Shown: positions 48,865 to 61,702, counted from the stretch's first letter. The stretch: 64,000 nucleotides of DNA from Tubulanus polymorphus (GCF_964204645.1 NC_134032.1:3186175-3250174), one strand, 5' to 3'. Notes: generated by a model from the sequence alone, not told the origin. A program made the numbers and translations.

Positions 48865-49455
48865 GCATATATTTTTTTTTTCTAGTTATTAATATAAGTA
48901 TTATACTGAAGAGTTATATCTGTACATAAAATATCAAAATACGGTGCTACCATGATTTACGGTGCTATACTCACGATTTATTCCGATCAGATAGTGGGTT
49001 TTTATCTTATTAACATTATTAAATGTGTAGAATTTAGACGCCGCTCACGAGCAGCAAGACGCGCCCAGGAAAGGGAGCTGGGGAGGATTTGAACCCATTT
49101 ATCTGACGAAGCTACTATCGACTAGTGCTGCCGCCCTCGTCACTTTTCCAAAAAGGACTGATGAGAAACAATGGTATTTCTTTGCGTGGCTTAAAGCTAT
49201 GATGAAATTGTATGTATATCCGTAGTGTTTATAACCTATTAAGAGTTTAAAGACATGTTTCTATTTTCGATATTATGATAATCTCGATTTTAATATCTTT
49301 ATTCGTATCGATAAAACAGATTAAAAGATATAGATAGAATGAAAGCAAAACACATTTCATTTTCGAGTAATATATGATCATATATATATATTGATTAAAC
49401 TGTCATATTTAAAACTATATTTGTTTGTTCACTCATTCAATGGAAGTATAGTTCA

Positions 49456-49771
49456 AACCCTGTGGACTGGCGGCCCTAATACAATTAACACTGAGGACTG
49501 ATGACCCGAATACCATCTATAACACTGAGGACTGATGACCCGAATACCATCTATAACACTGAGGACTGGCGGCCCTAATACAATTAACACTGAGGACTGA
49601 TGACCCGATTACAATCTATAACACTGAGGACTGGTGACCGGAATACAATCTATAACACTGAGGACTGGTGACCGGAATACAATCTATAACACTGAGGACT
49701 GATGGCCCGAATACAATCTATAACACTGAGGACTGGTGACCCTAATACAATCTATAACACTGAGGACTGAT
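49456..49771. repeat. 31-34-bp minisatellite, ~9-10 copies
   Basis: Unit ctataacactgaggactg(a/g)tgacccgaatac(a/c)at. Confidence 0.95.
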
Positions 49772-49939
49772 ATTAATCTTCGTCTTACTATTTGCTGAGC
49801 GCAATTTTTCCATGATACAAAATTAGAAATGAAAACCTTTCTCTAACAGATCACGTTTTAATTCCTTTCGTAGAACTGTAAAGTTTCATTTGTACTCTAA
49901 TGGTAAAATGCATCATCTATACTTGTTTTTAGGACTAGG

Positions 49940-50375
49940 CAGATTCTCTCCTCGTTGGTGCAAATACAACTCGAATTCATCGTCTGCAGTTAGTCCGAAA
50001 CAACGCAGCTCACCTCATCATAAAAACAGAAAAATGTGACGTTCATGTTACTGCAGCTTTGGTTACGCTTCATTGGCTTCCAATTTCCGCCCGTGTTCAT
50101 TTCAAAATTCTTCTTATAAGTGTTTGCATGGTTTTACTTTTGTTTATCTTATGTTATAGCATGCAGTTTATAAGCCTTAATTACGGGCTCTTCGTTCTAG
50201 TCAGGATAGCACCCGTCTAATTAATTACCTCCTGTCTCAAACCGTTCTTTTGGTGACCGTGATTTTAATATCTGTGTCCCACGCTTGTAAATGCTCTTCC
50301 GGCAAACATACAACGAAGGTCCCACGGTTGAATCTTTTAAATTTCGTGTTAAAACGTACCATTTTTAGAAATATT
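49940..50375 (+). mobile_element. 3' end of L2/CR1-group LINE ORF2, degraded
   Basis: RLQLVRNNAAHLI..HVTAALVTLHWLPISARVHFKILL matches the conserved post-RT LQ.VQN.AAR..H.TP.L..LHWLP motif. Confidence 0.85.
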
Positions 50376-50809
50376 AATTTTTTTATTTTTTTATTGTAAA
50401 ATTTTTAAGTTCACTGCAAATGTTTTTGTAATATAAAGCATTTAGAATATGGTTTTAGTTGAGCGCTATATACGAAATTGATAAGAAATGAAATCACCAC
50501 TCTCGAAACAAAGTCTGAAGTTCCTCATTGTGCTTTAATGTCAAATTTAACAAATTAATTGAACCTTGTTCTATGGGTCCGATAAATGTCTTAAAAAGGC
50601 AGTAAAAAACGGCGGATAACTAACTTCAAACACATTATAAACGGACAAGTAGCTACTATCGGTGAGCTTTGATAAACGTACGACATCTAAAACTGCAACT
50701 TAACAGTCTGTAGGTCTATTTATCTGATAACGCGCTCAGATTTGTTTGACAATACCCTTACAAAATAAAAATATCGGTCAACCGAATAACTAAGAAGCCT
50801 GTGAACAGA

Positions 50810-51140
50810 AAAACCTCTACACGGGGAATCAAAGCCGGTTTTGGTATTGATTGGGGCCGCAAAACTCAACTCAAATGAGCCCGTTTTTTGTCCTACAAAT
50901 AACAGAGGGGAACTTACCGCTGTTATCATCGCCCTCTACAGGCAACAAAACTCGGGTTAACGCGAAATACGTGATACTCGGTCTTACTTAGTGGATCCAC
51001 TCATGGAAAACCGTGACCTTTGGAAACTTCTGCATAAGCTGTCGCAAAACATCACCTTCAACCTTCAACTTTCAACATGTCAGGGGACACTAAGGGGTAT
51101 TAGGGAATGAGATAGTGGACCAACTCGCCTAACTTGGGGC
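50810..51140 (+). pseudogene. Intronless RNase HI-type domain remnant
   Basis: Across frames: AGFGIDWG, TNNRGELTAVIIAL, ENRDLWKLL, HVRGH*G.LGNEIVDQLA. Confidence 0.8.
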
Positions 51141-51488
51141 GTCCTTAAATCTATAAGTTACTTGTCTGTAAGTGCTCAAGTCACTTTTCCCATTTGGTTT
51201 TGCCTGCGAATAGTCGTTGCGTCATAGTTGATGTCCTATACAGACCTCGTTTAGACTTGTATATAGTGTAAATATCTTAGTCACGAGTTTGGGAATGCTG
51301 TTGTTTGTGAGAGGTTTAGACGAAAAGACCCTCCACCAATTTCTTGCACTTGCTGCATGTATCGGGTCCCCTCAAACTTGCGGCGGTACTGTATGTACTG
51401 TATCAGGTAACACCACGAGTTTGTTTGTCGTATAGGCGCTTAATCTGGCTGACCGGTTCAAAGTTTGTGGCAAGCGAGTATTACGTTA

Positions 51489-51717
51489 TAGAACGATAAC
51501 CACACTCAAACGTGGCCCGAACGGATAATAAGATAAAATCCCACTATTTACAGATTAAAAAGAATTTAAAAACCAGAATTGACTTCACCGTCACCTGACG
51601 ATGATCTCTAGGGTGAGATCGAAACGTCGTGTCTTTTATATATTTTTGATTGAATAAATAAATTCTGGTTTTTAAATTATTTTAATCTGTAAATAGTGGG
51701 ATTTTATCTTATTATCT
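51489..51717. mobile_element. Penelope-like insertion with inverted pLTR structure and 13-bp TSD
   Basis: GAGTATTACGTTA at 51476-51488 and 51718-51730; internal inverted arms ~51524-51580 / 51661-51716; homologous to 3572-3771. Confidence 0.85.
51592..51633 (+). ncRNA. Minimal type I hammerhead ribozyme
   Basis: CAC-CUGACGA-UGAUCUC-UAGGGU-GAGAUC-GAAAC-GUC-GUG; core identical to the 3688-3730 copy. Confidence 0.8.
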
Positions 51718-53640
51718 GAGTATTACGTTAGTTCGCGTTTACCCCGCTGTCGTTATTTGGAGGGGCAGCACCAGACAGTCAAGATCTGAGGCGGATGTGA
51801 GAACGAGTTTCATAGTGAATCACTGTTCACAACATTTAACATGAATTCTACCTAGATCAGAGCGAAATTAAATAAAGTGAATTAATTAACACACGAGATC
51901 CTGATATTAGAGTTAATTTAAATACATTTGAATGATTGAATCGTGGCTCGAAAGTAAGGACCGGCGACCAGTCTAATTCTATAGAGACCGGTAACCAGTC
52001 TAGAACTTCATCGGATGGGTCAGGCAACCAGTCGGAAATGGATGGCGCCGATTTGTTTTGTTTCTGTGTCGCTGCGCATAAAATCATGATTTTCAGATAA
52101 AAACTGCCGACTAAAGACCGCTCGCTTCGGCATGAGACAAGGAACAAGTCGAAGCAACAGCGACATGTAAAAACATCAGCATTTTCCCCGTCAATTTTGC
52201 AAGAAAGACGCTTTTTATCCACTATTTTAATGTCCAGTGTAGTCTGTGTTCAAATCGCCACGTGTACATATAGACTATTCATAGAACTGTCAGAGCCGCT
52301 GACTCCTGTTGAATCCGCTAGGTGTCACTAGTAATATTGCGTCATCGTTTATATAGTGATGATAAAATAAACGATAGATTTTTATTTTCTAGACTAATTG
52401 CTGGTCTCTGTTCTAGCCTCTGTAAAAAATTCAGATAGCTCCAATCTTACCGAAATAAAACTAGTCAGAACAGGGTGGGCTCGAAAAACGATATGCTTTT
52501 CACATTTTTGAATTATCTTCGGTAGTTTTCGAGATATAGCGATCTGAAGTTTGAAAATTTCGGCGAAAAGTGTCGACTTCACGTTTCAATACAATGATCT
52601 TAAGAAGGCAATATTTCATAGAAACAAACTTCAATATCTCCTGAACTCGTGGAGATAGATTAAAAATGTAAAGATCATTACACTCGTAGCACTCGCGGGC
52701 TAAGTTGAGGTTAGATCGCAAATTGATTTAAATTACGATGATAAATATCATTTTATCTGTTATCAATTTCATAAAGAGAATAGCTGAAAATCAAACTTGG
52801 CCTCTTAAATTCAAAATAGCATTTTCATGACATTAATCAGTTTAGAAACATAAACCTGGCAATAATAATAGTACTAATAATAATAACTAAATGAAAATGC
52901 ATTTGATTTGTTTTAAGCTTAATTTCAACAATAATTTATACTCACTTCAAAGTTGCTACTTTTGGAAAGTTCCCCTCGTGAGGCTCACTGTCCCATCACG
53001 CGCCTCTAGTTTTGCCTCAATTCATCCCATTAGACGCCTCTTTCTGCAGCAGCCGTTTTACTGACATTCCCATTGCGGAAAATTACAAAATAAAATCATG
53101 CTGTCTTCAGTATTTAGATTTTAAGATCCTAAACCTTCTGATTGCCGATATGTGTCTTCCATTAATACAGGGTCTTTAGGTAGTAATTCATCCCGGTCAA
53201 TTGCCTTTCTTATTAAAACAAGATTCCCCTTACTGTCGAATGAAATTACATGAATCGGTTTTTTTTAGATAAGGCTAAACAAAAATGATACCTTGTTTCT
53301 CCGCAGCGGCCGGGTCATTTTTGTAAAATTTGTAAACAGTTCATTTCTATAGCGGCCGGGTCAGTTATAGGTAAAATTGATCACGATTTGAAAAAAAAAA
53401 TTATCGACAGGGTACTACCAAAACGGAATGTTCTTAGTTTTGCCGCGCCTAAACTGACTTTTTAAGAAAGATTCGGCGTTTTCTTTTGTTTTAGCGAGCG
53501 TTCTGGTGTCCCCATATGCATAGCAGGAATTGTGGAATTGTACACGATTGTCCTGATCAGCCACACCGTACAAACCACTAGTACACTGAACGGCATTTAT
53601 AACATCTCAAACTGACGCGCGGTATATGTTCTTATTTCAG

Positions 53641-54103
53641 CTGATGAAGTCGTGCGACCAAATCTGCGCAAACTTTGTTATTTCTTCGATTTTGAGAAAG
53701 TTGATACTGAACGTGGAATCGTATAGGAGAGGGAGCCAATATGACGGCGTATGATCATGAAAAAGGGAACAACGTGAAACTCACACTGATCGAAGGTGTT
53801 AATAACAGCCAAGCTGTAAACTCGACGATTAAGTATCTGAAATTGTATTTTGGAGACAAAAAGAAACCTATCAAGATAAAGAGCTACTCGATTTCCCTAT
53901 TAGTCGGTGGAATTGGTGCCGGATCGGTTTACATGAGGAAATACTTGCTGCTGTATCACAGTGGACGTAAAGTTGAGTGTGGGAAATATCCGGAGAAAAA
54001 GATACTAGAGTATCGAATCGATGGTAATTTATTCAGCAAGGGGAAATGGGTTTCATTGAGATGCACAAACGGCGATTTGTATTGTCAGAGTACTGCCGTA
54101 TAA
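53641..54103 (+). CDS. Unrecognised protein exon (paralog of 3-302); phase-1 acceptor; apparent frameshift near 53710
   Basis: TTCTTATTTCAG| acceptor; DEVVRPNLRKLCYFFDFEKVDT / WNRIGEGANMTAYDHEKG...LKLYFG..IKSYSISLLVGG.G...WVSLRCTNGDLY. Confidence 0.7.
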
Positions 54104-54399
54104 AATATTAATACTAGGTCACTTGACTGCTGTTATTTGAAAAGAGAACTCATTATGTATTTGTAACGTATTCTGCTCGTTGAGTTGTATGTTGTTCGTT
54201 TCGTTCGTTTATCGTTGTGAATCTACGGAATTCGTCTCGACATTTCGTCCCTCGAGCTCAGTATGCAGTGAAGTAAAAATAGATTTCGAGAGTTTGAAAG
54301 CGACACGGAAAAAATGCATCGTGGTCAATTCACAAAAAAAGAGAATCCGCCCAAGAACACCTACGGACGAAATATGCAGTGCAAGGTATCTCAGTCTGA

Positions 54400-55080
54400 C
54401 AGATGGTTTCTGAAAAAAAAACGAAAATATCGAGCTCAGGTATCGATCAATGAGGCAAAACTTGCTCGTCTTCAATGTTCCTGAAACGCCGAATGAAACC
54501 TGTCTTGAAGTGGCCCGTAACCTTTTAACTGAGAAAATGAAAGTTTCTCTCGCTTCAGAAAGCAGTAAACCTGTTTTAGACATAGCACATCGTATCGGAT
54601 CGGGAAGTAAGCGCACAAATAGTTATCCGCTTCACAACGCGCAGCGGGAAAATTGAAGCTATGAAGTATAGCAAAAACCTAAAAGGTTCGAATTACTGCG
54701 TACGAGACCAACTACCCATGTTAATGCATGATAGAGCAGCCGCCCAAATCAACGACTTCAAAGCGCTAAAAAGTAATGAACAATATCGTGTGAGAATACC
54801 GTGTGAGAATAGTTCGAGATATGCTCATGCTGAATGGAGAAATCAAGCGACCGGAGCTTTCTCGCAACCCACTAACGCCCGACATAATGGATTTAGTTGA
54901 AATTCACGAAACCGTATTAATTCAATCAAAAATAAAATCGATCGAAAATTGTGAGATTCGCGTGTGTACAATTCGTACTGAAAAAGTTCACGAAGTCAAA
55001 GGTGCCCTTGTGAGAGCGCGCGCAGACCGCAGTGTATTGATTAATTCGAGGTTTCCATACGCCTATCGAGCAAAGGGAAT
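54400..55080 (+). mobile_element. Degraded LINE ORF1-like gene (L1/CR1 transposase-22 RRM type) with possible Impact-like tail
   Basis: RSMRQNLLVFNVPE..ETC...IAHRIG..IVIRF...KNLKGSNYCVRDQLP across frameshifts; C-terminal PYAYR. Confidence 0.7.
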
Positions 55081-55089
55081 TATTTCAAA

Positions 55090-56385
55090 ATGGCGGCGCC
55101 GAAGTGTACACGGTATTTTCGTCGCTCCACATATTTGGATATTTTCGTTTTTTCCGGGAGGCGAAGTAACCATTTGCAGATATCGTTACGTATAATGGAG
55201 CTAAAACGCCCTCTTACTGTTGCGTGTGGGGGTGTGATATTTGTGGAAACGGATGTCATAAAGGCTTTGGGAACTCATTTGGTAAATGTGAAAGCAATTC
55301 AGATTGTGAAAACCGGTGAGTGTCGAATAACTTTAAAAGACCAAATTTAAAATTGGATAGCAGATGGATTTGACAAATATCACCATAAAAGATGCCCCGG
55401 TTGAACTTTCTGATGCGTTTATAGCTGGTCAGCTCTCGCGTTATGGTGATGTGTTAGGCGGGAGCATTACTAGAGTTAAAACTCAGGGGACTGATATCCT
55501 AAATGGACGCAAAACTGAGAAATGTTAAAAACATCGTTCCTGTAGAAGCTAAATTTGAAAGGTTCGATATGAGGTTATATTGCGGGGCTACTGATCATCC
55601 ATACTTCAAATACTTACTAAGAACACGTAAGTTGTGTTTTAAATGCAAGTCAGCGGATCATCTTGCGAATTTGTGCCCGGTGGGGATTGTGTGTTACTAT
55701 TGTCGTGCATTAGGGCACAAAAGAAATGAATGTCCAAATCTAATAGCCGTTCAGAGAAAAAAAGTATATGAGAACCCCGAAAAGACTGATCAAATCTGTG
55801 ATCAGTACTCAGTTGGTCATTCAACTCCACGCCCCGTCTCGGTGACCGCAGATACACAGAAAACAAATCGAGCGCAAGATATAGTGACTGGCGATTCAAA
55901 CTGCAATCGACTCATTTTCCATGACCTCGGCGATGTTTATGTTCACGCTAGATAAGACGCGAAAGCCAGTGACATTAGTGACATGTTGGAATCCCTCAAC
56001 TCATCAAAAATGTGGAGGAAATTAACAGTGTGATCTGTCATCTTGGTACAAACAATGTCACAGAGCTAAAAGATGAACATGAACAAATTATTTTGAACTT
56101 AACTAAAGCGATAAACGATGTTAAGAAGAGGCTGAACTCCATATCTCAAGTATTTTACCTCGTAGCGGTAAAAGTAAATCTATCATGGCTTCAAACGATA
56201 CTACGAAAAAAGTCAACAATTTTCTATCGAAACTATGCAAGGCGGAACCCAGTTTGCACTTTATTGACAATAACTGTAATTTCTGTCCCGATAATAACGT
56301 TATCAGATCTTTATTCGACACAAAAGACTCTAGTGGTGTCCATATCGGATTAGAGGGCGCGAGGTTCTTACTAATTCGTTTATAA
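55090..56385 (+). mobile_element. Degraded non-LTR ORF1: two CCHC knuckles plus SGNH esterase
   Basis: CFKCKSADHLANLC and CYYCRALGHKRNEC; esterase blocks VTGDSN, HLGTNN, DSSGVH; multiple frameshifts. Confidence 0.8.
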
Positions 56386-56863
56386 CGGCCCTCGGTCTAC
56401 ATGTGATCACGGACTGTTCGAAAAAAAAGAAACCTCAGTCAGACATCTACGAACGACAGTAATAGGGAATATCTTGTTTCATACCAAAGGTCGAACGGTC
56501 GAGCTCATTAAAAAACAAAACATTAAAAGTAATTAAAAACTATAATATATTTTCATAACCGTGTGCATTTTATATTAAAACTAAATATTTATTCTAAGAT
56601 ATCAATAATTTAAAAAGCATATTGTATTAAATCAATTGGTCGCTCATAAAAAATGAAAAACATGAAAATAACAATAATTTCTACTTGAATTACTCGCGAA
56701 ACTCATAAAAAATGAAAAATAATTCTCGCACGCTCGAATTTATTTTTCATTTTTACTCGCTAGAAAAAAGTGTGAGTAAAGTGTGAGTGAAATAATTCAT
56801 AAATCATTGAATATTTATATTAGTATGCGTTGGATTCATTTTAATAAAAGTTTTGTTATTAAA

Positions 56864-57208
56864 ATGAAGACAGAAGAAGAAGAACCCAACTTTAAAATCG
56901 AAATCAATGAAACCAATAAATCATTTTCACAGTTTTACATTAAAAATTATATTTCAGCAACAAATTTAGTGTCTGCAAGACATTATAAAATCGATAATAT
57001 TACTATGATTAATCAAATATTATCAAATGAAACATATTTAATTATTGAACTAGTAGATACTTTTGATAATGGCGTTAAAAATCCTAAAATATTCAATACA
57101 GTTTTTAATTTTAAAGGAACTTTAGATGAAAACATAATTAATATTCTTAAAACCCCTTTCAATGAAAGAAATGATGATATAATACTTCTTGTTAATAATT
57201 CTTGTTAA
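56864..57208 (+). CDS. Hypothetical 114-aa protein in a very AT-rich island
   Basis: Stop-free ORF in very AT-rich DNA, AAAATG start context, I/N/K-rich; stop codon overlaps a perfect hairpin. No recognisable domain. Confidence 0.45.
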   Translation: MKTEEEEPNFKIEINETNKSFSQFYIKNYISATNLVSARHYKIDNITMINQILSNETYLIIELVDTFDNGVKNPKIFNTVFNFKGTLDENIINILKTPFNERNDDIILLVNNSC

Positions 57209-57341
57209 CCAATAGCGCGAATAGAAATTAAAAAGATTTGAATAAAAAAACAATAAGTTAAATAAGTTAGTATTAGATAAAGTAACTTATTGTTTTTTTA
57301 TTCAAATCTTTTTAATTTCTATTCGCGCTATTGGTTAACAA
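57202..57341. repeat. Perfect 59-bp inverted repeat with 22-nt loop
   Basis: 57202-57260 is the exact reverse complement of 57283-57341. Confidence 0.97.
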
Positions 57342-57749
57342 AAATTGACTAGAATTCAAATAGATTTAACAAGAAATTCAATAACTGTAACTGTTAGTAT
57401 CACTCTTGTATTATTTCATTGTTTCTCTTATTGAATAAGCCAACTAACTAATATCACTCTTGTATTATCCTAGTCAAATGTAAAGAATTTACAATATCAT
57501 ACTTGAATGAATTAAAACATAAATTACTTCTTTTACTTCATTTTCAGAAATAAAGCATAATATGTATTTAATACCATTAATACGTATTTAATACCATTAA
57601 TACGTATTTCAAAAAGAGATCGTCTACTTTAGATATCACATTCCAGTATTGTATAATGTATATTACCTATAAAACTTATTTCCTTAAATTTCATGACAAA
57701 CAATACAGATATCGATTACTACGATGAGAATGATTTTACGATAGATAAA

Positions 57750-59592
57750 GAGAAATTTTCGTTAATTTCTATGAATATTGAATATCCGTAGTGTAAACAA
57801 AAATTTTGATGCTTTTGTAGATTATCTAAATGTATTAGATGCTAATTTTTCTATTATCGGTTTGGCCGAAACATAGAGAAATGAAGGGAACGATAATGAG
57901 AGTATGTACAAAATTAATGGTTATCACAGTATTTTCAAAAGTAGAAAAAATGATCAACATGGTGGTGGTTTGGCCTTATATTTAAAAAATAATTTGATGT
58001 TCAAACTTCGGCCAGAATTATCTGGTAATGATAATACGTTTGAATCGCTATTTGTTGAAACTATGGAACGAAAAATGTTATCGTGGGTGTATTATATAGA
58101 CCACCCGGTTTAAACCTGCGTCAATTTCAGGACGAATTTAACATTTTGCTAAACAAAATTAATAGAGAAAACAAAATTTGTTATTTTCTAGGCGATTTCA
58201 ATGTCAACTTACTGATGTCGGGTGCACATCATTCTACTGACGAATTTATTAATACTTTATTTGCAAATTCATTTCGTCCTTTAATTGACAACCCAACGAG
58301 AGTAACAGCTTTATCAGCAACGCTTATTGATAACATATTCTGTAATCATTATCATTGTAATTTTTATTCGGTCATAGTATGCACGGATATATCCGATCAT
58401 TTCCCAATTTTTGCTATAGGTTATGAGTCTGAACCTGTACTACCAGAGAAAACGGAAAACAAGCGAAACTTTAGTGAGCGCAATATAAATCATTTCCATA
58501 GACTATTGCATACGGTTGACTGGTCATCAGTGTATAACAATTTGAACCCCGACTTAGCTTATAAATCCTTTTTGGATACATTTAAGGCACTTTATGATGA
58601 ATCGTTTCTATTCGTGAATTTTAAAAATCCCACCGTGAATCAAAATAAACCTTGGCTATCAGCAGGACTTATGAATTCAATTAAGCTGAAAAATCGTCTA
58701 TATCGTAAATTTTTAAGAAATAATATCGAGGAGAAGAAAGAGAGATATGTCCATTATAAAAGTTAAATAAGTTTTTAAAACGTGCAGAAAAATATTACTA
58801 TGCAGAGAGGTAACTGGCAACAGGAAATAGTATGAAACAATCTTGGAAAATAATTAAACAATATTCTGGGCAAAACAAAAAAAGATGGACTACCTGATGC
58901 ATTAAAAATCAACAACAATCGAGCAAAAATAGATGATAAATCTTTGATTGCTTATGAATTTAATAAATATTTTGTAAATATAGGATTAAATTTAGCCGAA
59001 CAAATTCCTGATACAGGAAAAAATTTCAGAGAATTCTTGAAAAATCCTCCTAGTGAAAACTTTTTCTTCTTTCCAACTACACCCAACGAGTTAATAAATA
59101 TAGTAAATAAATTCAATGCTAATAAAGGGACGGGTATTGATGAAATTAATATGAAAGTAAACAAGAGTGTAATAGATTTAATTAAGGATCCCCTATGTCA
59201 TATCTTTAATCAAAGCCTACTAACTGGAATTATACCGGATGACCTAAAGATGGCAAAAGTCGACCCCTCCACAAAAGCGGTGATACTGAGTTATTTAATA
59301 ATTATCGTCCAATATCGATCTTTCCTTGTTTTTCAAAAATTTTTGAAAAAATTGTGCATTACCGAATAATCTCCTTTTTTGATTAATTTTCGATTATAAA
59401 TCCAAATCAATTTGGGTTCAGAAAAAATCACTCTACTGCTATGGCATTAATTAAAATAGTCAATGAAATTCTAGATAATTTGGATAATAAAAAAAACAAC
59501 AATTGGTGTCTATTTAGACCTATCTAAAGCATTCGACACTGTAAATCACAGCATTTTATTAGATAAGCTAAATTCCTATGGGATAAAGGGAT
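57750..59592 (+). mobile_element. CR1/L2-group LINE ORF2 (APE endonuclease and RT N-half), degraded and 3'-truncated
   Basis: [63 protein letters not shown]. Confidence 0.93.
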
Positions 59593-59846
59593 GGGCTACC
59601 CGCACGACCATCATGCTGGTCACCGTATCCGTCGTTTTTACGGCTACGACTTTCCCGTCGATGTTAATCTGGTTGCTAAACATGCTGGGAGTTCACGCGG
59701 TCGTGGACGAGAGAATGGTACAGTTCGCCTCGCGTCTACAAGCCCTCAACTACTGTATCAATTTTTACGTATATCTCCTACTTGGTAAAGACATGCGCGC
59801 GTATTTTTGTCGACATTTCAGTACATGTTCAACAATTCGTCACTAA
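59593..59846 (+). pseudogene. TM6-TM7 fragment of another orphan peptide-type GPCR
   Basis: [17 protein letters not shown]...[10 protein letters not shown]...MR; abuts the LINE RT directly. Confidence 0.8.
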
Positions 59847-59983
59847 TGTCGTTTACAATCAACATAAGACCGTAAATGCAGGTAGTGCATTCTATGGCCA
59901 AAGATACCTTTTTGTCCACGGCCGTTTAGCGCCATTCGTCACAATGGATTACACTGCAACTTAAATATCGATAACCCAAAAAT

Positions 59984-60246
59984 TGTCAGTAAGATATAGA
60001 AAGCTGCTATAAGACTGTCAGTAAGATATATGCCCCAGAAAGCTGCTATTAGACTGTGTCAGTAAGATCTTGGAGTAATCATTTGACAAATGATTACTCC
60101 AAGGTAAGATATATACCCCAGAAAGCTGTTATAAGACTGTGTCAGTAAGATATATGCCGCAGAAAGCTGCTATAAGACTGTCAGTAAGATATATACCCCA
60201 GAAAGCTGCTATAAGACTGTGTCAGTAAGATATATACCTCAGAAAG
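59984..60246. repeat. ~39-41-bp tandem repeat, ~6 copies, interrupted by a short palindrome
   Basis: Unit gtcagtaagatatataccccagaaagctgctataagactgt; ttggagtaatcattt..aaatgattactccaa at 60070-60103. Confidence 0.9.
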
Positions 60247-60731
60247 TGTATCGGACAATGGATAAAATCGATATCCCGCAGACGACGGGAATGCAAATAT
60301 GTGATAAGTTAATATGAAAAGTTTGATATATTCTATCCAGGAATTGGACCAAAAGCATTCTCGTGTTTCCCGGCCGGATGGTATATGGTTTGCAAGTAGG
60401 GTATTGCATAGTATAGTTCCTTCGCGTATGCTTACTGCGTTGTTCGGTTTATGTGTATCCAAAAGAAAGTTGTCATGTCGACACATACATATCACCAGCC
60501 ATTAACATTCCATGTCTCAACGTGTCGACGTATCTACCAACCAACAAATTAACTATTAACGATCTATTAACCTCATACACCAAACACACCACGTGACCAA
60601 ACACATGATGAACCCCATACTTAAAATACAAATTGCATTTCTATTTTTCTTTAGTCAATTCCAGTTCTCTGATATTAGTTTCAACACGGTTAAGCCTTCA
60701 AAATCACAGGAGATTCATTACTTATTTTCAG

Positions 60732-60895
60732 CACTGTCAACGTGAGATGCGCCTCCAAAAAACCAAACGTGGGGACGGTGAAATATGGCATTGTTCGCAT
60801 TGCTACAGAACGACGTCGATACGTGACGACTCTTTTTTTCAAAATCAAAAATGAAACTTTCGCAGCTGATGCTTATAGTTTACTATTTCGGTTTA
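60732..60895 (+). mobile_element. Merlin/ISXO2-like transposase N-terminal zinc-ribbon fragment
   Basis: HCQREMRL....DGEIWHCSHC....SIRDDSFF matches the Merlin pattern C..M.L..DG..W.C...C..SIR.GSFF. Confidence 0.65.
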
Positions 60896-61702
60896 GATTT
60901 ACTTCTCTTGTTTGTTTGTGTTTTGTGGTCACCCGTCAACCAGTCAAACCACGATCCTTGTACATACATTGGCGACAACATTGCGACGTGACGTCCGTCG
61001 ACCGTCAACCAGCGGATGATATAGGTATATGCACTCTATCGTCTCTCATTTTTGTCACCACGATCCTTGTACATAAATTGGCGACAACAATGCATCGTGT
61101 CATCCGTCGGCCGTCCACTGTCGACCAGCGGGTGAGATATGCACTCTATTATCTCTCCAATGGGCCAACCAACAAATAACCAACAGTAGTCAACTGTCAC
61201 TAGTCGTCGGTCAACCTGTACATGAACTGTTCCTTTGCCGCGCACTTATACCCAATTATCAATGTATTCATGCGCTAATGTATTAATGCGCTGATACATT
61301 AACCGTACAACTTATTAACTCTACGCAAAGGCACTATACTATGCTATATTCGACTTGGGCCATATGGTTTTATAATCTCGCGGAGGAATGGTTTAGGTAT
61401 GTCAATTTTTGGTATTTAAGCTAACAACGCTTTTATCAAACTGCAGCTTGGTACGGAATATTTTTGTTTTTTCAAATGAAGTGCCCCTTCACCTAGATCG
61501 CAAACATTCCATTTGATATAACTTCTCGCAACATCGTAGCGCTTGCATCAAGCTGTTCGATATTATGTTGTCTAGTGTTGTTACCTGATTCGATACATCG
61601 CGATCATGGAAATAAAAGTTTGAAGATAATTTTGTCTATTTTTTATAACTTTTGTCTTGGTTACTTGTCGTTCAATTCATGGCATTGATTTGACATTTCC
61701 AG

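Noticed and set aside
49456-49771. Tandem hammerheads (CTGATGA-ccc-GAA)
   Set aside because: No stem II, no GAAA, and CTGATGA is mutated in about half the units.
57342-57349. Mimivirus-type early promoter AAAATTGA after the hairpin
   Set aside because: Expected by chance in such AT-rich DNA, and no ORF follows.
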